Source: Desulfatiglandales bacterium
Lineage (GTDB): Bacteria > Desulfobacterota > DSM-4660 > Desulfatiglandales > Desulfatiglandaceae
Direction: 5' to 3'
Assembly (NCBI GenBank): GCA_963662465.1
Contig: OY759599.1
Span: 4,864,001 to 4,928,000, forward strand
Length of the DNA stretch: 64,000 nucleotides
The first letter of the stretch is position 1. Each line of letters begins with the position of its first letter. Position numbers and translations under genes: made by a program. Positions 8,567 through 18,648 of this stretch are shown in pieces. The notes beneath the pieces were generated by a model. The model worked only from the letters and a program-made list of their open reading frames with translations, was not told where the DNA came from and ran no database searches.

Positions 8567-11266
8567 TTAATTCCCACCCGGCCCCACCGTGACCAAAACG
8601 TATCGGTCGGGAAGGATAATCTCCTTCACCGCCTCGTTAACATCCGTCAGCGTTACAGACTCGATCTTTTGGATGTACTTGGGCATGTGGTCATAGCCCA
8701 GGCCGTAAAGCTCGTCCAGTCCCATCTGCATCGCCTGACTGCCGTTGGTCTGCATGCCGATTTTAAGGTTGCCCAGGAGATACCGTTTGCCGGATGCCAG
8801 TTCTTTGTCGGTTAGACCTTCCTCCCTGAGAAGTGCCAGTTCGTGAAAAACGGCCTCTTGGGCCGGCGGCAGCTTGCTCGGATCGCAGGCCAGATAGACG
8901 CCGAATGCCCCTGTTTCAAGTCCCGGACTTCTGAAAGCAGTGATGGTATAGGCCAGGCTCCGGTTGTCCCGGAGCCTGGAAAAGAGCCTGCCCCCCATGC
9001 CCGAAAGGGCCGTATCCACCAAGGCCATGGGTGCATTGAGATTACTTTTGAGATCGGCGCCGAGGTATCCCACCGATAGGTGCGTCTGAGCTCCCGGTCG
9101 TTCCAGGTGCGCTTTTCTGGGGCCGGTCAGGGGGAGCGCGGGCTTAATGGCGGGCAGGGCTTTGTGAGAAGGCTGAAGAGGATCAAAAAGTGTTTTCAGG
9201 AAAGGGATCAACGGGTCCCGGTCCAGATCACCCACAATGGTCAACACAAAATTTGAAGGGATACGGATGGATTCATACCAGTTTTCAAGGTCCTTCCGGG
9301 TGATGGCGGAAATGGTTTCCCGGGTCCCCGTAGCCGGGTGTCCATAGGGGTAATGGGGATACAGGGTTTTGTAAAACAGTTCAAAGAGCTGGCCCGTGGG
9401 CCGATCCTTCTTAGCTTTGATGGCCGCCAGGATGTCTTCCCTGACTTTTTCAATTTCCGCCGGCGGAAAATTCGCATGCAGGATCAGGTCGGACAAAAGT
9501 TCCAGACCCGCGTAAAGGTCCTTGCTCAGAAATTTCCCGGAGATGCCCAAACTGTTCCTCCCGGAAAATCCTTCCAGGCTTCCGGCCCAGGATTCCACGG
9601 TGGCGGCGATCTGGGCCGCAGTCCGCTTTTTTGTTCCCCGGTTCAGCATCTCAGCCACAAATCCTGAGATACCCCACTCTCCGGTCTTTTCAAGTCGTTT
9701 CCCTCCCAGAAAGACCCCCAGGATGGACACTTCCGGTAAACGGTGATTTTCCTTTATGATGATGCGCATGCCGTTTTTTAAAACGAGCATTTCAGCGGGC
9801 TGCCGAGCCTCTAAAACAGATTTTCCCCGGGGTTGTTCTTTGAGACTGCCGTCTTTGAAAAGAGACAAAACCACGTCCGTCTCAAGATCAATCTTCACAC
9901 CCTCCGGGGCCATGAAACCGATGGAAAGGTTTTCCGGTCTCAAATAGGTTTTTGAAACACGAAGAACGTCATCGGCGGTGACCTTTTTCACATTCGACAG
10001 ATACCGGTCGGCATTAAACATGTCGCCGGTCATGGTCTGGAAAAACCCCAGGGTCTTCGCCTGCCCTGCCATGTCATCCATATCAAAGATAAACGAGGCT
10101 TCGGCTATGGTTTTGGCCTTGCTGAGTTCCCGCTGAGACACCGGGTTATGGGTTAATTCGGTAATTTCCTTCCCAATGACGGCAAGGGCCGGGTCCAGGT
10201 TCTCGGGATGGAGGGTCGCATCCACGGAAAAGAGACTGGGATCTGCCAGGGCATAGGCCCCGCCGCTGACATTGTAGACCAGATTGGCATCCATTTTAAG
10301 GCTTCGATAAAGCCGAGAGGTCCTGCCCTGCCCCAGAATAATTTCCAGTACATCCAGCGCATAGGCATCTTTATGGGTCAAAGAGGGAATATGCCAGGAA
10401 AGATCCAGATAAAGCTGTTGAACCCGATGGTTCAAAATGGTTTTCCTCAGTTCAGTTTGAGGCGGTTCCTGTATCCTGGATGGCGTGGCGCCGGTTCGTT
10501 GTGGAAAATTTTGAACGAGGGCTTTGATAGACGCAAGGGCTTTTGACGCTTGAAAATCCCCCACCGCAACCACAACCATGTTCCGGGGGGTGTACCATTT
10601 GTCCATGTACTTCATTATCATGGGCCGGTTAAAGGACCGAATGGTTTTTTCATAGCCGATAATAGGCCTGCCATAGGGATGTTTCTCATAACACAAGGCC
10701 ATCATGGCCCAGCTAAGTTGGTTTTCTGGAATATCCAGAGAACGTCGGTACTCCTCGAGAACCACCTCTTTTTCTTTTTTCAGCTCCTCCGGATCAAAAA
10801 GGGAATGCTGGACCGCATCGAGCAGTACATCGAGACCTTTGTCAAATTGGGCGCTGTCAATTTCCACGAAATAGACCGTGCGATCAAATGACGTATAAGC
10901 GTTGATTCGACCGCCCGATGTTTCGATGGTTCGGGCAATTTCACCGGTTTTTTTGGTTGGCGTTCCCTTGAAAATCATGTGTTCGATCTGATGGGTAATC
11001 CCTGCCTCTTCGGCGGTTTCATTGGCGCTTCCCGTTTTGACCCAGACCTGTATGGCCGCCACGGGGGCATGATGGTCTTCCTTGAGGATGACGGTCAAAC
11101 CGTTTTCAAGGGTGATCCTTTCAGCCCCTTCGGTGACGGATTCAGCATGGCCGCGAACGACAAAAAGCATGCTCAAAACGATCCACGGCAACAGAAAAGA
11201 AACGACAAATGGAAAATTAATCGCTGTCTTTTTTTTATTAAAGACTTTCAAGGCATTAGCCTCCAT
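8567..11266 (-). CDS. M16 family zinc protease (PqqL-like), exported
   Basis: HQIEH inverted zincin motif, NAYTSFDRTVY, duplicated M16 halves, hydrophobic signal-like N-terminus; start moved to 11266 to avoid overlap with the nrdJ promoter (uncertain). Confidence 0.88.
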   Translation of the reverse strand: MEANALKVFNKKKTAINFPFVVSFLLPWIVLSMLFVVRGHAESVTEGAERITLENGLTVILKEDHHAPVAAIQVWVKTGSANETAEEAGITHQIEHMIFKGTPTKKTGEIARTIETSGGRINAYTSFDRTVYFVEIDSAQFDKGLDVLLDAVQHSLFDPEELKKEKEVVLEEYRRSLDIPENQLSWAMMALCYEKHPYGRPIIGYEKTIRSFNRPMIMKYMDKWYTPRNMVVVAVGDFQASKALASIKALVQNFPQRTGATPSRIQEPPQTELRKTILNHRVQQLYLDLSWHIPSLTHKDAYALDVLEIILGQGRTSRLYRSLKMDANLVYNVSGGAYALADPSLFSVDATLHPENLDPALAVIGKEITELTHNPVSQRELSKAKTIAEASFIFDMDDMAGQAKTLGFFQTMTGDMFNADRYLSNVKKVTADDVLRVSKTYLRPENLSIGFMAPEGVKIDLETDVVLSLFKDGSLKEQPRGKSVLEARQPAEMLVLKNGMRIIIKENHRLPEVSILGVFLGGKRLEKTGEWGISGFVAEMLNRGTKKRTAAQIAATVESWAGSLEGFSGRNSLGISGKFLSKDLYAGLELLSDLILHANFPPAEIEKVREDILAAIKAKKDRPTGQLFELFYKTLYPHYPYGHPATGTRETISAITRKDLENWYESIRIPSNFVLTIVGDLDRDPLIPFLKTLFDPLQPSHKALPAIKPALPLTGPRKAHLERPGAQTHLSVGYLGADLKSNLNAPMALVDTALSGMGGRLFSRLRDNRSLAYTITAFRSPGLETGAFGVYLACDPSKLPPAQEAVFHELALLREEGLTDKELASGKRYLLGNLKIGMQTNGSQAMQMGLDELYGLGYDHMPKYIQKIESVTLTDVNEAVKEIILPDRYVLVTVGPGGN

Positions 11267-11302
11267 GTGAGTTTTTTGGCAGATATTGCACTCCTTTTTA
11301 GC

Positions 11303-11332
11303 TTGACACACAACATGTGGTGCATGTAAAAA
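11303..11332 (+). promoter_or_regulatory. sigma70 promoter overlapped by NrdR box upstream of nrdJ
   Basis: TTGACA at 11303-11308; ACACAACATGTGGTGC at 11308-11323 resembles the NrdR consensus acaCwAtATaTwGtgt. Confidence 0.6.
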
Positions 11333-11441
11333 GGTGTTCCTATCAAACGGGTATTTACTTTTATCATCTATGGTGTCGCTTAATGCCAATTTGTGGCTCA
11401 TAAACGACCATAAAACTATAAACATGAACAGGAGAATGTCC

Positions 11442-13934
11442 ATGGGTCAGGAAAGCAAGATTGTTTTTACGGAAGGGGACGCTTTTGATCTGGGTTCTTA
11501 CAGCTGGGATGACCACCGATTTTCCGATCTTCTAATCAAAGAACACCCCATTAACCCGGATCAGGCCATGGACGTCAGTCGGTTTATCAGACGGGAGATT
11601 GCCAAGCTCGAGCGACAGACCATCACCATGGAGATGATCGAACAGATGATCGATGCCAAACTGCGTGATTTCGGTTTTTCCAAATCAATGCATGTTCGAT
11701 TGGACAAGTCATTTTTTATCAAGAGAGGCCTTGCGCTTTCCGACAACGCGGTTCGCGTTCTGGAGAGACGATACCTGAAGCGCGATAAGGAAGGGCGGGT
11801 TATTGAAAGTCCGGAACAAATGTTTGCTCGCGTAGCAGCCTTTATCGCCAAAGCGGAGAAGCGATACGGCGGAGAAGAGCGGGTAGATAAGGTGGAGGCC
11901 GTTTTTTACCGCTTGATGACGGAGTTCAAATTCCTGCCCAATTCTCCCACCCTGATGAACGCGGATCGTGAGCTGGGGCAACTGGCGGCATGTTTCGTGT
12001 TGCCCATTGAGGACAGTATGGAGGGGATCTTTGATTCACTCAAAAATGCCGCCCTGATTCACAAGTCCGGCGGCGGCACCGGGTTTTCCTTTTCCCGTTT
12101 GAGGCCCAAAAAAAGCCGAGTGGGCACCACCGGCGGCGTTGCCTCGGGTCCCGTGTCTTTCATGAAGATTTTCAATACAGCCACGGAACAGGTTAAGCAG
12201 GGCGGTACGCGAAGGGGCGCCAATATGGCCATTCTGAGGGTCGATCATCCGGATATCATGGAATTCATTCAGTGCAAGGAAAAGAACGACGACCTGAATA
12301 ACTTCAATATTTCAGTGGGCGTTACCGACGCCTTCATGGAAGGGGTTCAGACCGGTTCGGATTATGATCTGATCGACCCCAGGGACAGCCAAACCACGGG
12401 TCATCTGAACGCGGGGGACGTTTATGGCGCCCTCATCGAGCGCGCCTGGGAAAACGGGGATCCGGGCATCGTGTTTCTGGACAAGGTCAATCAGGATAAT
12501 CCCACACCGGGCCTGGGGGAGATCGAGAGTACGAACCCCTGCGGCGAGCAGCCCCTTCTGCCCATGGAGGCGTGCAATCTGGGGTCCATCAATCTGGCCC
12601 GGTTCGTTGTGGAAACCGACGAAGGTCCGGCCGTTAATTACGGTGAACTCAAAGAAGTGGTTTGGGAGAGCGTTCATTTCTTGGACAATACCATCGACAT
12701 GAGCAGGTATCCCCTGCCGGAAATCGGTGAAATGGTGCGGGGAAACCGCAAGATCGGCTTGGGCGTCATGGGCTTTGCCGATTTGCTCTACCAGTTGAGA
12801 ATTCCCTATGATTCCGAAAAGGCCCTTGAAACAGCCGAGGTCGTTATGGCGTTTATTCAGAAAGAATCCCACCGGGCATCCCAACGCCTGGCGGAAGAAC
12901 GGGGGGTTTTCGGCAATTTTGACAAAAGCGTTTTTAAAGGGCGAAAGGAATGCTCCTACCGGAATGCCACCACCACTACCATTGCACCCACCGGCACCTT
13001 GAGCATCATTGCCGGCTGTTCCAGCGGCATCGAGCCCTTGTTTGCCCTCAGTTTTGCCAGGGATGTCATGGATCATGATCGATTGGTGGAAACCAACCCA
13101 TACTTTGAACGAAGGGCCAGAGAAAAGGGTTACTACAGTGGGGAATTAATGGATGCCGTCGCCCGAAAGGGGTCTATCAGAGGGCTTAAAGAGATCCCCG
13201 AAGAAGATCGGGCCGTTTTCACAACGGCCCATGACGTGGCGCCGGAGTGGCATGTGCGGATGCAGGCGGCCTTTCAAAAATATACGGACAATGCCGTCAG
13301 TAAAACCGTCAACCTGCCCCGGGATGCGACCATTGACGATGTGAAAAAGGTCTATGATCTGGCCTATTCCCTGTCATGCAAGGGCGTTACCATATACCGG
13401 GACGGCAGCAAGGAAAATCAGGTCCTTTCCTTTACGGAAAAGGCGAAACAGCCCCATGGCCGGTTCATGACCGCCGTGGAAGAACGTCCGGAAACACTCT
13501 TTGGGTTTACCACCAGAATGACCACGGGTATGGGGGCACTCTATGTGACGGTGACCGAGTTTGAAGACCGGCCCTTTGAAGTGTTCGCCACCATCGGGAA
13601 ATCCGGTCGGTCCACCACCGCCAAGACCGAAGCCATCGGCAGGCTGGTTTCCCTGGCGCTTCGGTCCGGGGTTCGAGTGGAGAAAATTGTGGAACAATTG
13701 AAAGGCATCGGCGGTGAGCATCCTATTTTCCAAAAGGACGGCCTCGTCCTGTCAATCCCCGATGCCATCAGCCGGGTACTGGAGAAACGGTACATGCAGG
13801 ATCAGCCTGCCAATGGACGGAGCAAAAACGAAAAAAGCCTGTTGGGTGAGACCTGCCCCGAATGCGGCCAGACCATCAGTTTCGAAGAAGGCTGCATGAC
13901 CTGTCATTTCTGTGGCTTTACCAAATGCGGTTAA
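11442..13934 (+). CDS. nrdJ: class II (B12-dependent) ribonucleotide reductase with degenerate N-terminal ATP-cone-like region and C-terminal TSCPD/Zn-ribbon
   Basis: FLPNSPTLMNA, QLAACFV, TNPCGEQ, ACNLGSINL, TTIAPTGT, KGVTIYRDGS, CPECG...CHFCGFTKC; GGAG RBS before ATG 11442. Confidence 0.93.
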   Translation: MGQESKIVFTEGDAFDLGSYSWDDHRFSDLLIKEHPINPDQAMDVSRFIRREIAKLERQTITMEMIEQMIDAKLRDFGFSKSMHVRLDKSFFIKRGLALSDNAVRVLERRYLKRDKEGRVIESPEQMFARVAAFIAKAEKRYGGEERVDKVEAVFYRLMTEFKFLPNSPTLMNADRELGQLAACFVLPIEDSMEGIFDSLKNAALIHKSGGGTGFSFSRLRPKKSRVGTTGGVASGPVSFMKIFNTATEQVKQGGTRRGANMAILRVDHPDIMEFIQCKEKNDDLNNFNISVGVTDAFMEGVQTGSDYDLIDPRDSQTTGHLNAGDVYGALIERAWENGDPGIVFLDKVNQDNPTPGLGEIESTNPCGEQPLLPMEACNLGSINLARFVVETDEGPAVNYGELKEVVWESVHFLDNTIDMSRYPLPEIGEMVRGNRKIGLGVMGFADLLYQLRIPYDSEKALETAEVVMAFIQKESHRASQRLAEERGVFGNFDKSVFKGRKECSYRNATTTTIAPTGTLSIIAGCSSGIEPLFALSFARDVMDHDRLVETNPYFERRAREKGYYSGELMDAVARKGSIRGLKEIPEEDRAVFTTAHDVAPEWHVRMQAAFQKYTDNAVSKTVNLPRDATIDDVKKVYDLAYSLSCKGVTIYRDGSKENQVLSFTEKAKQPHGRFMTAVEERPETLFGFTTRMTTGMGALYVTVTEFEDRPFEVFATIGKSGRSTTAKTEAIGRLVSLALRSGVRVEKIVEQLKGIGGEHPIFQKDGLVLSIPDAISRVLEKRYMQDQPANGRSKNEKSLLGETCPECGQTISFEEGCMTCHFCGFTKCG

Positions 13935-13965
13935 AATTGACGTAATTGTTCACAGGGTGCAGTTG

Positions 13966-14148
13966 TCAGGAGGCAGATTGACACATTCGTTTTTTTCCTA
14001 CCAGCATGGCAATCTCCCAAAAGCTGATTGATGCCACACTCAGTTGACCGGATACCAGGGCCCAATCTATGGTTTGCAAAGCCTTTTCTCCCAGTCGCGG
14101 ACTTCCTTCATCCAGCCATACAAGTGCGTGTGTGTCAAGAATCAGCAT
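13966..14148 (-). pseudogene. vapC: truncated VapC/PIN-domain toxin
   Basis: MLILDTHALVW...SVASISFWEIAML PIN N-terminus, but stops after about 60 aa and lacks the C-terminal acidic residues. Confidence 0.75.
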
Positions 14149-14371
14149 TGGATGCATCCCAGTCAATATCCAGGGGGGCGATCAGATCGTCTTTGCTCTG
14201 CATTTTTCCTTTGTGCAAACCAAAAAGCGTCTCCGGTATTGTGCGATAGGCCCTCAGGACGGAAACAGGTGTCCCGTTTTTTGTGATTGTGATTTCTTCC
14301 CCCGTCCGGTTTACCTCATCCATCAGGTGCAGGCATTTTGCTTTGAATTCCGATGCCTTTATTGTTTGCAT
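14135..14371 (-). CDS. Phd/YefM family antitoxin
   Basis: MQTIKASEFKAKCLHLMDEV...ITITKNGTPV; GGAG RBS; overlaps the start of the PIN gene. Confidence 0.88.
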   Translation of the reverse strand: MQTIKASEFKAKCLHLMDEVNRTGEEITITKNGTPVSVLRAYRTIPETLFGLHKGKMQSKDDLIAPLDIDWDASNADS

Positions 14372-14459
14372 GTTACAATCCTCCGATGCATTCATTTCAA
14401 TGGGGTAGTCAGGTTGTCCCTCCTTGTTTCTTGTTCTTTCTAAAGTGTATGTTGGCCGA

Positions 14460-15743
14460 CTACTCTTCCCTTTTGACGGCCCGGTAGCCGATGTCCCGTC
14501 GATAATAAACCCCATTCCAATGGATCTTTCCAGCCAAATCATAGGCCCTGAACTGGGCCTCGCTCACGGTTTCTCCCAGGGCCGTGGCGCAAAGCACCCT
14601 GCCGCCGCTGGTGATGACCTGATCATCCTTCAAAGCGGTGCCCGCATGAAAGATTTTCGCCCCTTCCACCTCCCCTTGGGAAAGCCCCGTAATGACATCG
14701 CCTTTGTGATAACTTACAGGATATCCGCCGGCAGCCATCACGACCCCCAAAGCGGCCCGGTTATCCCACTTTACTTGAATTTGATCCAGACGTCGTTCCA
14801 TGGCCGCCAGGCACATTTCCGCCAGATCCGACTGAAGCCGTAAAATAATGGGCTGGGTTTCCGGGTCCCCGAATCGGCAGTTGTATTCCAGCACATTGGG
14901 AGTGCCGTCGCCGGATATCATCACCCCCGCATACAGGAACCCCCGATAAGGATTGCCTTCCCCGGCCATGCCTTTCACCGTGGGTTCAATGACCGCCTTC
15001 ATGATGCGTGCATGAAGTTCCGGGGTTACCACCGGCGCCGGCGAATAGGCGCCCATCCCCCCCGTATTGGGCCCAAAGTCTCCATCATCCCGGGCTTTGT
15101 GGTCCTGGCTGGTGGCCAGGGGGAGAATATGTTCACCGTCCACCATCACGATAAAACTGGCCTCTTCTCCTTCCAGGCATTCCTCCACGATAATGCGTTT
15201 GCCCGCATCCCCAAAGGATTCCCCCGACAGCATGCCTTTCGCCGCATCAACGGCTTCGGTTTCGGACCTGGCAATAATCACCCCCTTGCCCGCGGCCAAA
15301 CCGTCGGCTTTCACCACCAGGGGGGCGCCCTTTAGCGCGATATAGGCCTTTGCCGACGTAAGATCCGTGAAGGTTCGATATTCGGCCGTGGGGATATGAT
15401 GGCGGGCCAGAAAATCCTTACAGAAAACCTTTGACCCTTCCAGTTGGGCAGCGCCCTTGGTGGGACCAAAGCATTTTAGCCCTTCGCGGTCGAATCGATC
15501 TACAATCCCCTGAACCAGGGGCGCTTCCGGCCCCACAAGGGTTAATTCAACATTGTTTTTTTGGACAAAATCCAGAAGACCTTCGATGTCATCCGAACCG
15601 ACCGGGATATTTTCCACCCCGGGTTCCCGGGCTGTTCCCGCATTGCCCGGCGCCACAAACACTTTTTCCACTTTATTTGACTGGGCCAGCTTCCAAGCCA
15701 GGGCATGCTCTCTGCCCCCGCTGCCCACTACCAACACTTTCAT
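14460..15743 (-). CDS. purD: phosphoribosylamine--glycine ligase
   Basis: GSGGREHALAW, KADGLAAGKGV, NTGGMGAY, RFGDPE. Confidence 0.97.
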   Translation of the reverse strand: MKVLVVGSGGREHALAWKLAQSNKVEKVFVAPGNAGTAREPGVENIPVGSDDIEGLLDFVQKNNVELTLVGPEAPLVQGIVDRFDREGLKCFGPTKGAAQLEGSKVFCKDFLARHHIPTAEYRTFTDLTSAKAYIALKGAPLVVKADGLAAGKGVIIARSETEAVDAAKGMLSGESFGDAGKRIIVEECLEGEEASFIVMVDGEHILPLATSQDHKARDDGDFGPNTGGMGAYSPAPVVTPELHARIMKAVIEPTVKGMAGEGNPYRGFLYAGVMISGDGTPNVLEYNCRFGDPETQPIILRLQSDLAEMCLAAMERRLDQIQVKWDNRAALGVVMAAGGYPVSYHKGDVITGLSQGEVEGAKIFHAGTALKDDQVITSGGRVLCATALGETVSEAQFRAYDLAGKIHWNGVYYRRDIGYRAVKREE

Positions 15744-15790
15744 AATATGGTTCCTTTCCGAAGCAAATGTATGACTCCGTTAGCTAACGG

Positions 15791-17767
15791 CTAACAGCTG
15801 CTTTTCAACAATACCTCTTTCAGCTTTTGCGATAGCCCTGCAATGGAAAAAGGTTTTTGAACAAACCCCTCAGCGCCGGCATCCAGAATTTCCCGGGCGG
15901 GGCCATCCAGCGCATATCCGCTGAAAACGACGACCTTGAGATCAGGGCGTGCGTTCATGATCAGGGGATACAGCTGGTTTCCACTCATATCCGGCAATTT
16001 GATATCCAGAAGCGCCATGTCGATGGTCCCCTCGTAGGAAATGGCTTTTTGGACGGCTTCCCTGCCGGTGACGGCTTCAAGCACGACATATCCGAGCCTT
16101 TTCAGGGTTTCACGCGTAATCTCCATGACGTCCGGTTCGTCTTCAATGACCAGGATTGTCCCTTCTCCCCGCACCGGCGCCTCGGCCTGCGTTTTACCGG
16201 ATGTTTTTGCGGCAACGGTTTCAACCTGAATTGCCGGCAGGATCATGTGGACTCGGGTTCCCTCGCCCCTCTGGGATTCCACCCATATGGATCCGTCATG
16301 ATTGGTCACAATGCCATAGACGGCGGCCATACCCAATCCCCGGCCGATAAAATGGGTGGTAAAAAAGGGCTCGAAAATACGGCTTCGGGTTTCTTCATCC
16401 ATCCCCTTGCCATTGTCGCTGATGGTGAGTTGGACGTAGGGTCCAGGCTTCATGCTCTCTTCGCGGGATAGGGCATCCATTTCCACATTTTCAGCGGAAA
16501 TCCTGATGCGGCCCTTTTCTTCAATGGCTTCGTTGGCGTTGGCCACGATGGCCGATATGACCATCTGCATCTGGGTGCGATCCGCTTTAACCTGCATCAG
16601 GTTCGGCGGGAGATCCGTTTCCAAACGGACAGAGGGTTTCAGGGTATGTTCAATCAGCGAAAGCGTGGCTTCCAGAAAATCCCGGATGGGGGTCGTTTGC
16701 AAATGGTAACGTCCCCCTCTGGCATAGGCCAACAACTGGCTGGTCAGGTGCGCCATTCGATGGGCCGAAGTCTTCATGTCCGCAATATTTCGGGAAAACC
16801 GTTGATCGCCGGGGAGATCCATCTCCAACAGACCGATATTTCCGGTAATAGCCGTGAGTGCGTTGTTGAACTGGTGCGCAATTCCGCCGGCCAGGGTGCC
16901 GAGGGCATCCATTTTCCGGGCCTGCTGGAGTTGTTCCATCTGTCGCTTTTTTTCGCTGATATCCCTTATAACCGCCAGGAGATGGGGGTTGCCCTTATGA
17001 ACAAAGAGACTGCCGCTGACGCTGACATGGAATGGGGCGCCATCCTTTCGGATATCCATCGATTCCGCTTCAAATGAGCCGTTTTTCTGCACATTGCGCT
17101 TAAACTCATCAAAAATATGATAAAAATCGGGATGTACGGTATCCTGGCCCGACAAGCCGACCAATTCATCATGCGCATAACCGTACATGTGGCAAGCAGC
17201 GGGATTGGCTTCCACAATGCGGCCGTCCAAGTCGAAAATAAGAAATGAATCGGTCGCGGCATTAACGATGCGGCGATATTGCACGTCCCGTTCGCGAAGA
17301 ATTTTTTCCGCCCGCTTCTGCTCTGTGACGTCCTGACCAAAGGCCGCCAGTTTGACCCCATGATCATTTTCAGAAAAAACCGGGTAAATGTTCCAGTTAA
17401 AGAAAGTTTCGTGGGTTTTCTCCGAAAAACGAACGGGTTGCTTTTTCAAGGCGGCCTTCAGGCATTGTTCTTTCCTAACGGTCGCTATTTTTTCGGGGAG
17501 CAAGTCATAGATGTTTTTGCCGACAATATCGGAAGGCTCTTTTCCCAATCCATGAGCTGCCGCGGCGTTAATAGCCAGTACCGTTCCATCCAACTCCAAC
17601 AACAGGGCATTGTCGTGAGTGGCATCAAACATGACCCGCAGGATGCCCTCTGCCTTTTCCATGGCGCTCCGGCCGGCGTCCTTCTCAAGTTGACGGCAAT
17701 GGATCACCTCTTTTTCCAGGCGCCCTACTTTTTTGACCAGTTCTTCATAGGTTGGCTTATGGCGCAT
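15791..17767 (-). CDS. PAS-PAS hybrid sensor histidine kinase/response regulator
   Basis: two PAS domains, AGGIAHQFNN H-box, FEPFFTT / GRGLGM ATP-binding boxes, C-terminal receiver domain. Confidence 0.92.
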   Translation of the reverse strand: MRHKPTYEELVKKVGRLEKEVIHCRQLEKDAGRSAMEKAEGILRVMFDATHDNALLLELDGTVLAINAAAAHGLGKEPSDIVGKNIYDLLPEKIATVRKEQCLKAALKKQPVRFSEKTHETFFNWNIYPVFSENDHGVKLAAFGQDVTEQKRAEKILRERDVQYRRIVNAATDSFLIFDLDGRIVEANPAACHMYGYAHDELVGLSGQDTVHPDFYHIFDEFKRNVQKNGSFEAESMDIRKDGAPFHVSVSGSLFVHKGNPHLLAVIRDISEKKRQMEQLQQARKMDALGTLAGGIAHQFNNALTAITGNIGLLEMDLPGDQRFSRNIADMKTSAHRMAHLTSQLLAYARGGRYHLQTTPIRDFLEATLSLIEHTLKPSVRLETDLPPNLMQVKADRTQMQMVISAIVANANEAIEEKGRIRISAENVEMDALSREESMKPGPYVQLTISDNGKGMDEETRSRIFEPFFTTHFIGRGLGMAAVYGIVTNHDGSIWVESQRGEGTRVHMILPAIQVETVAAKTSGKTQAEAPVRGEGTILVIEDEPDVMEITRETLKRLGYVVLEAVTGREAVQKAISYEGTIDMALLDIKLPDMSGNQLYPLIMNARPDLKVVVFSGYALDGPAREILDAGAEGFVQKPFSIAGLSQKLKEVLLKSSC

Positions 17768-18030
17768 TAAAAATGGCCTCCAAATGTATTTATTTTAAGG
17801 AAATTCCACATTTTATGAAGTACCGGTAAACAGCAAACCCGGCAGTTATGAACAGATGATTGCAAATCCGAGGCGTTTGTCATATGATATTAAGTTCAAG
17901 GGAGATGAGGTTAACATAACGTGACGAGAACCCGACCTGAGACTTGTGATTAAAGGAATTATTCGTATTTGTCAATTATTTCCGTTACGAACGGTATCGT
18001 GAAGTGAAACTGAAATGAGGGAACAAGTCC

Positions 18031-18648
18031 ATGGCAACCCATTATGAAAAATTGATTCAAGAGAATCTGGATTCTTTTTTTGACGCGCTTCCACGGTATC
18101 CGGAACAGCGCCTGGGCGCTCAAAAAAATGGCCAAGGCTTTTCCCTTCGGGCTTTTGGGGAAGAAGCCTGGTTCGATCATGAGCAGGTGATGTTTTCCGG
18201 TATAAAAAGCATTGACCCCAAGGGCCTCCTGATCTCCCTTTATGCAGGGCATGCCGGTCTGGAAGAGATTCAGCTTGAACCTTACAAGGCCTTCAAGGAT
18301 TTCCCGGGGAGCATGCCCTATCACGGCGCCTTCAGTGCCAACAGCGAGCGGGTACTGATCCCCCATGTGCTTAAAATTCTGGAAAAAAAACAGGAAATTA
18401 TATCCTGCTTTGATGGAGAAGAGGGGTGGAGCGGCGATTTTTCCATGCTGCTTTACCCGCTTCCGAAGATTGCACTCCGCACCATTTTCTATCTGGCGGA
18501 TGACGAGTTTCCGCCATCGGCTACCTGCCTTTTTTCAGCCAATGCCCTCAATTTCATGCCCCTGGACGGTCTGGCCGATGTGGCGGAATACACCTCCAAA
18601 AAAATTATCCAAATGGTTTCGGGACCGGGACGTTCGGGTCATGGATGA
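18031..18648 (+). CDS. DUF3786 family protein
   Basis: FKDFPGSMPY..AF, PLPKI, ADDEFPPSATCLF, PLDGLADVAE resemble DUF3786. Confidence 0.7.
   Translation: MATHYEKLIQENLDSFFDALPRYPEQRLGAQKNGQGFSLRAFGEEAWFDHEQVMFSGIKSIDPKGLLISLYAGHAGLEEIQLEPYKAFKDFPGSMPYHGAFSANSERVLIPHVLKILEKKQEIISCFDGEEGWSGDFSMLLYPLPKIALRTIFYLADDEFPPSATCLFSANALNFMPLDGLADVAEYTSKKIIQMVSGPGRSGHG

Noticed and set aside
11267..11443. Overlapping N-terminal extensions of the M16 protease and NrdJ
   Set aside because: The region holds a promoter, an NrdR-like box and an RBS; the extensions show no family motifs
14372..14542. Long N-terminus of the Phd antitoxin
   Set aside because: Overlaps purD; the family motif and RBS start at 14371
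17768..18030. Possible riboswitch/sRNA in the divergent intergenic region
   Set aside because: No convincing conserved motif or stem seen; would need an Rfam scan
18365..18640. 92-aa N-terminal extension of KamA
   Set aside because: Overlaps the DUF3786 gene out of frame; ATG 18641 fits coupling
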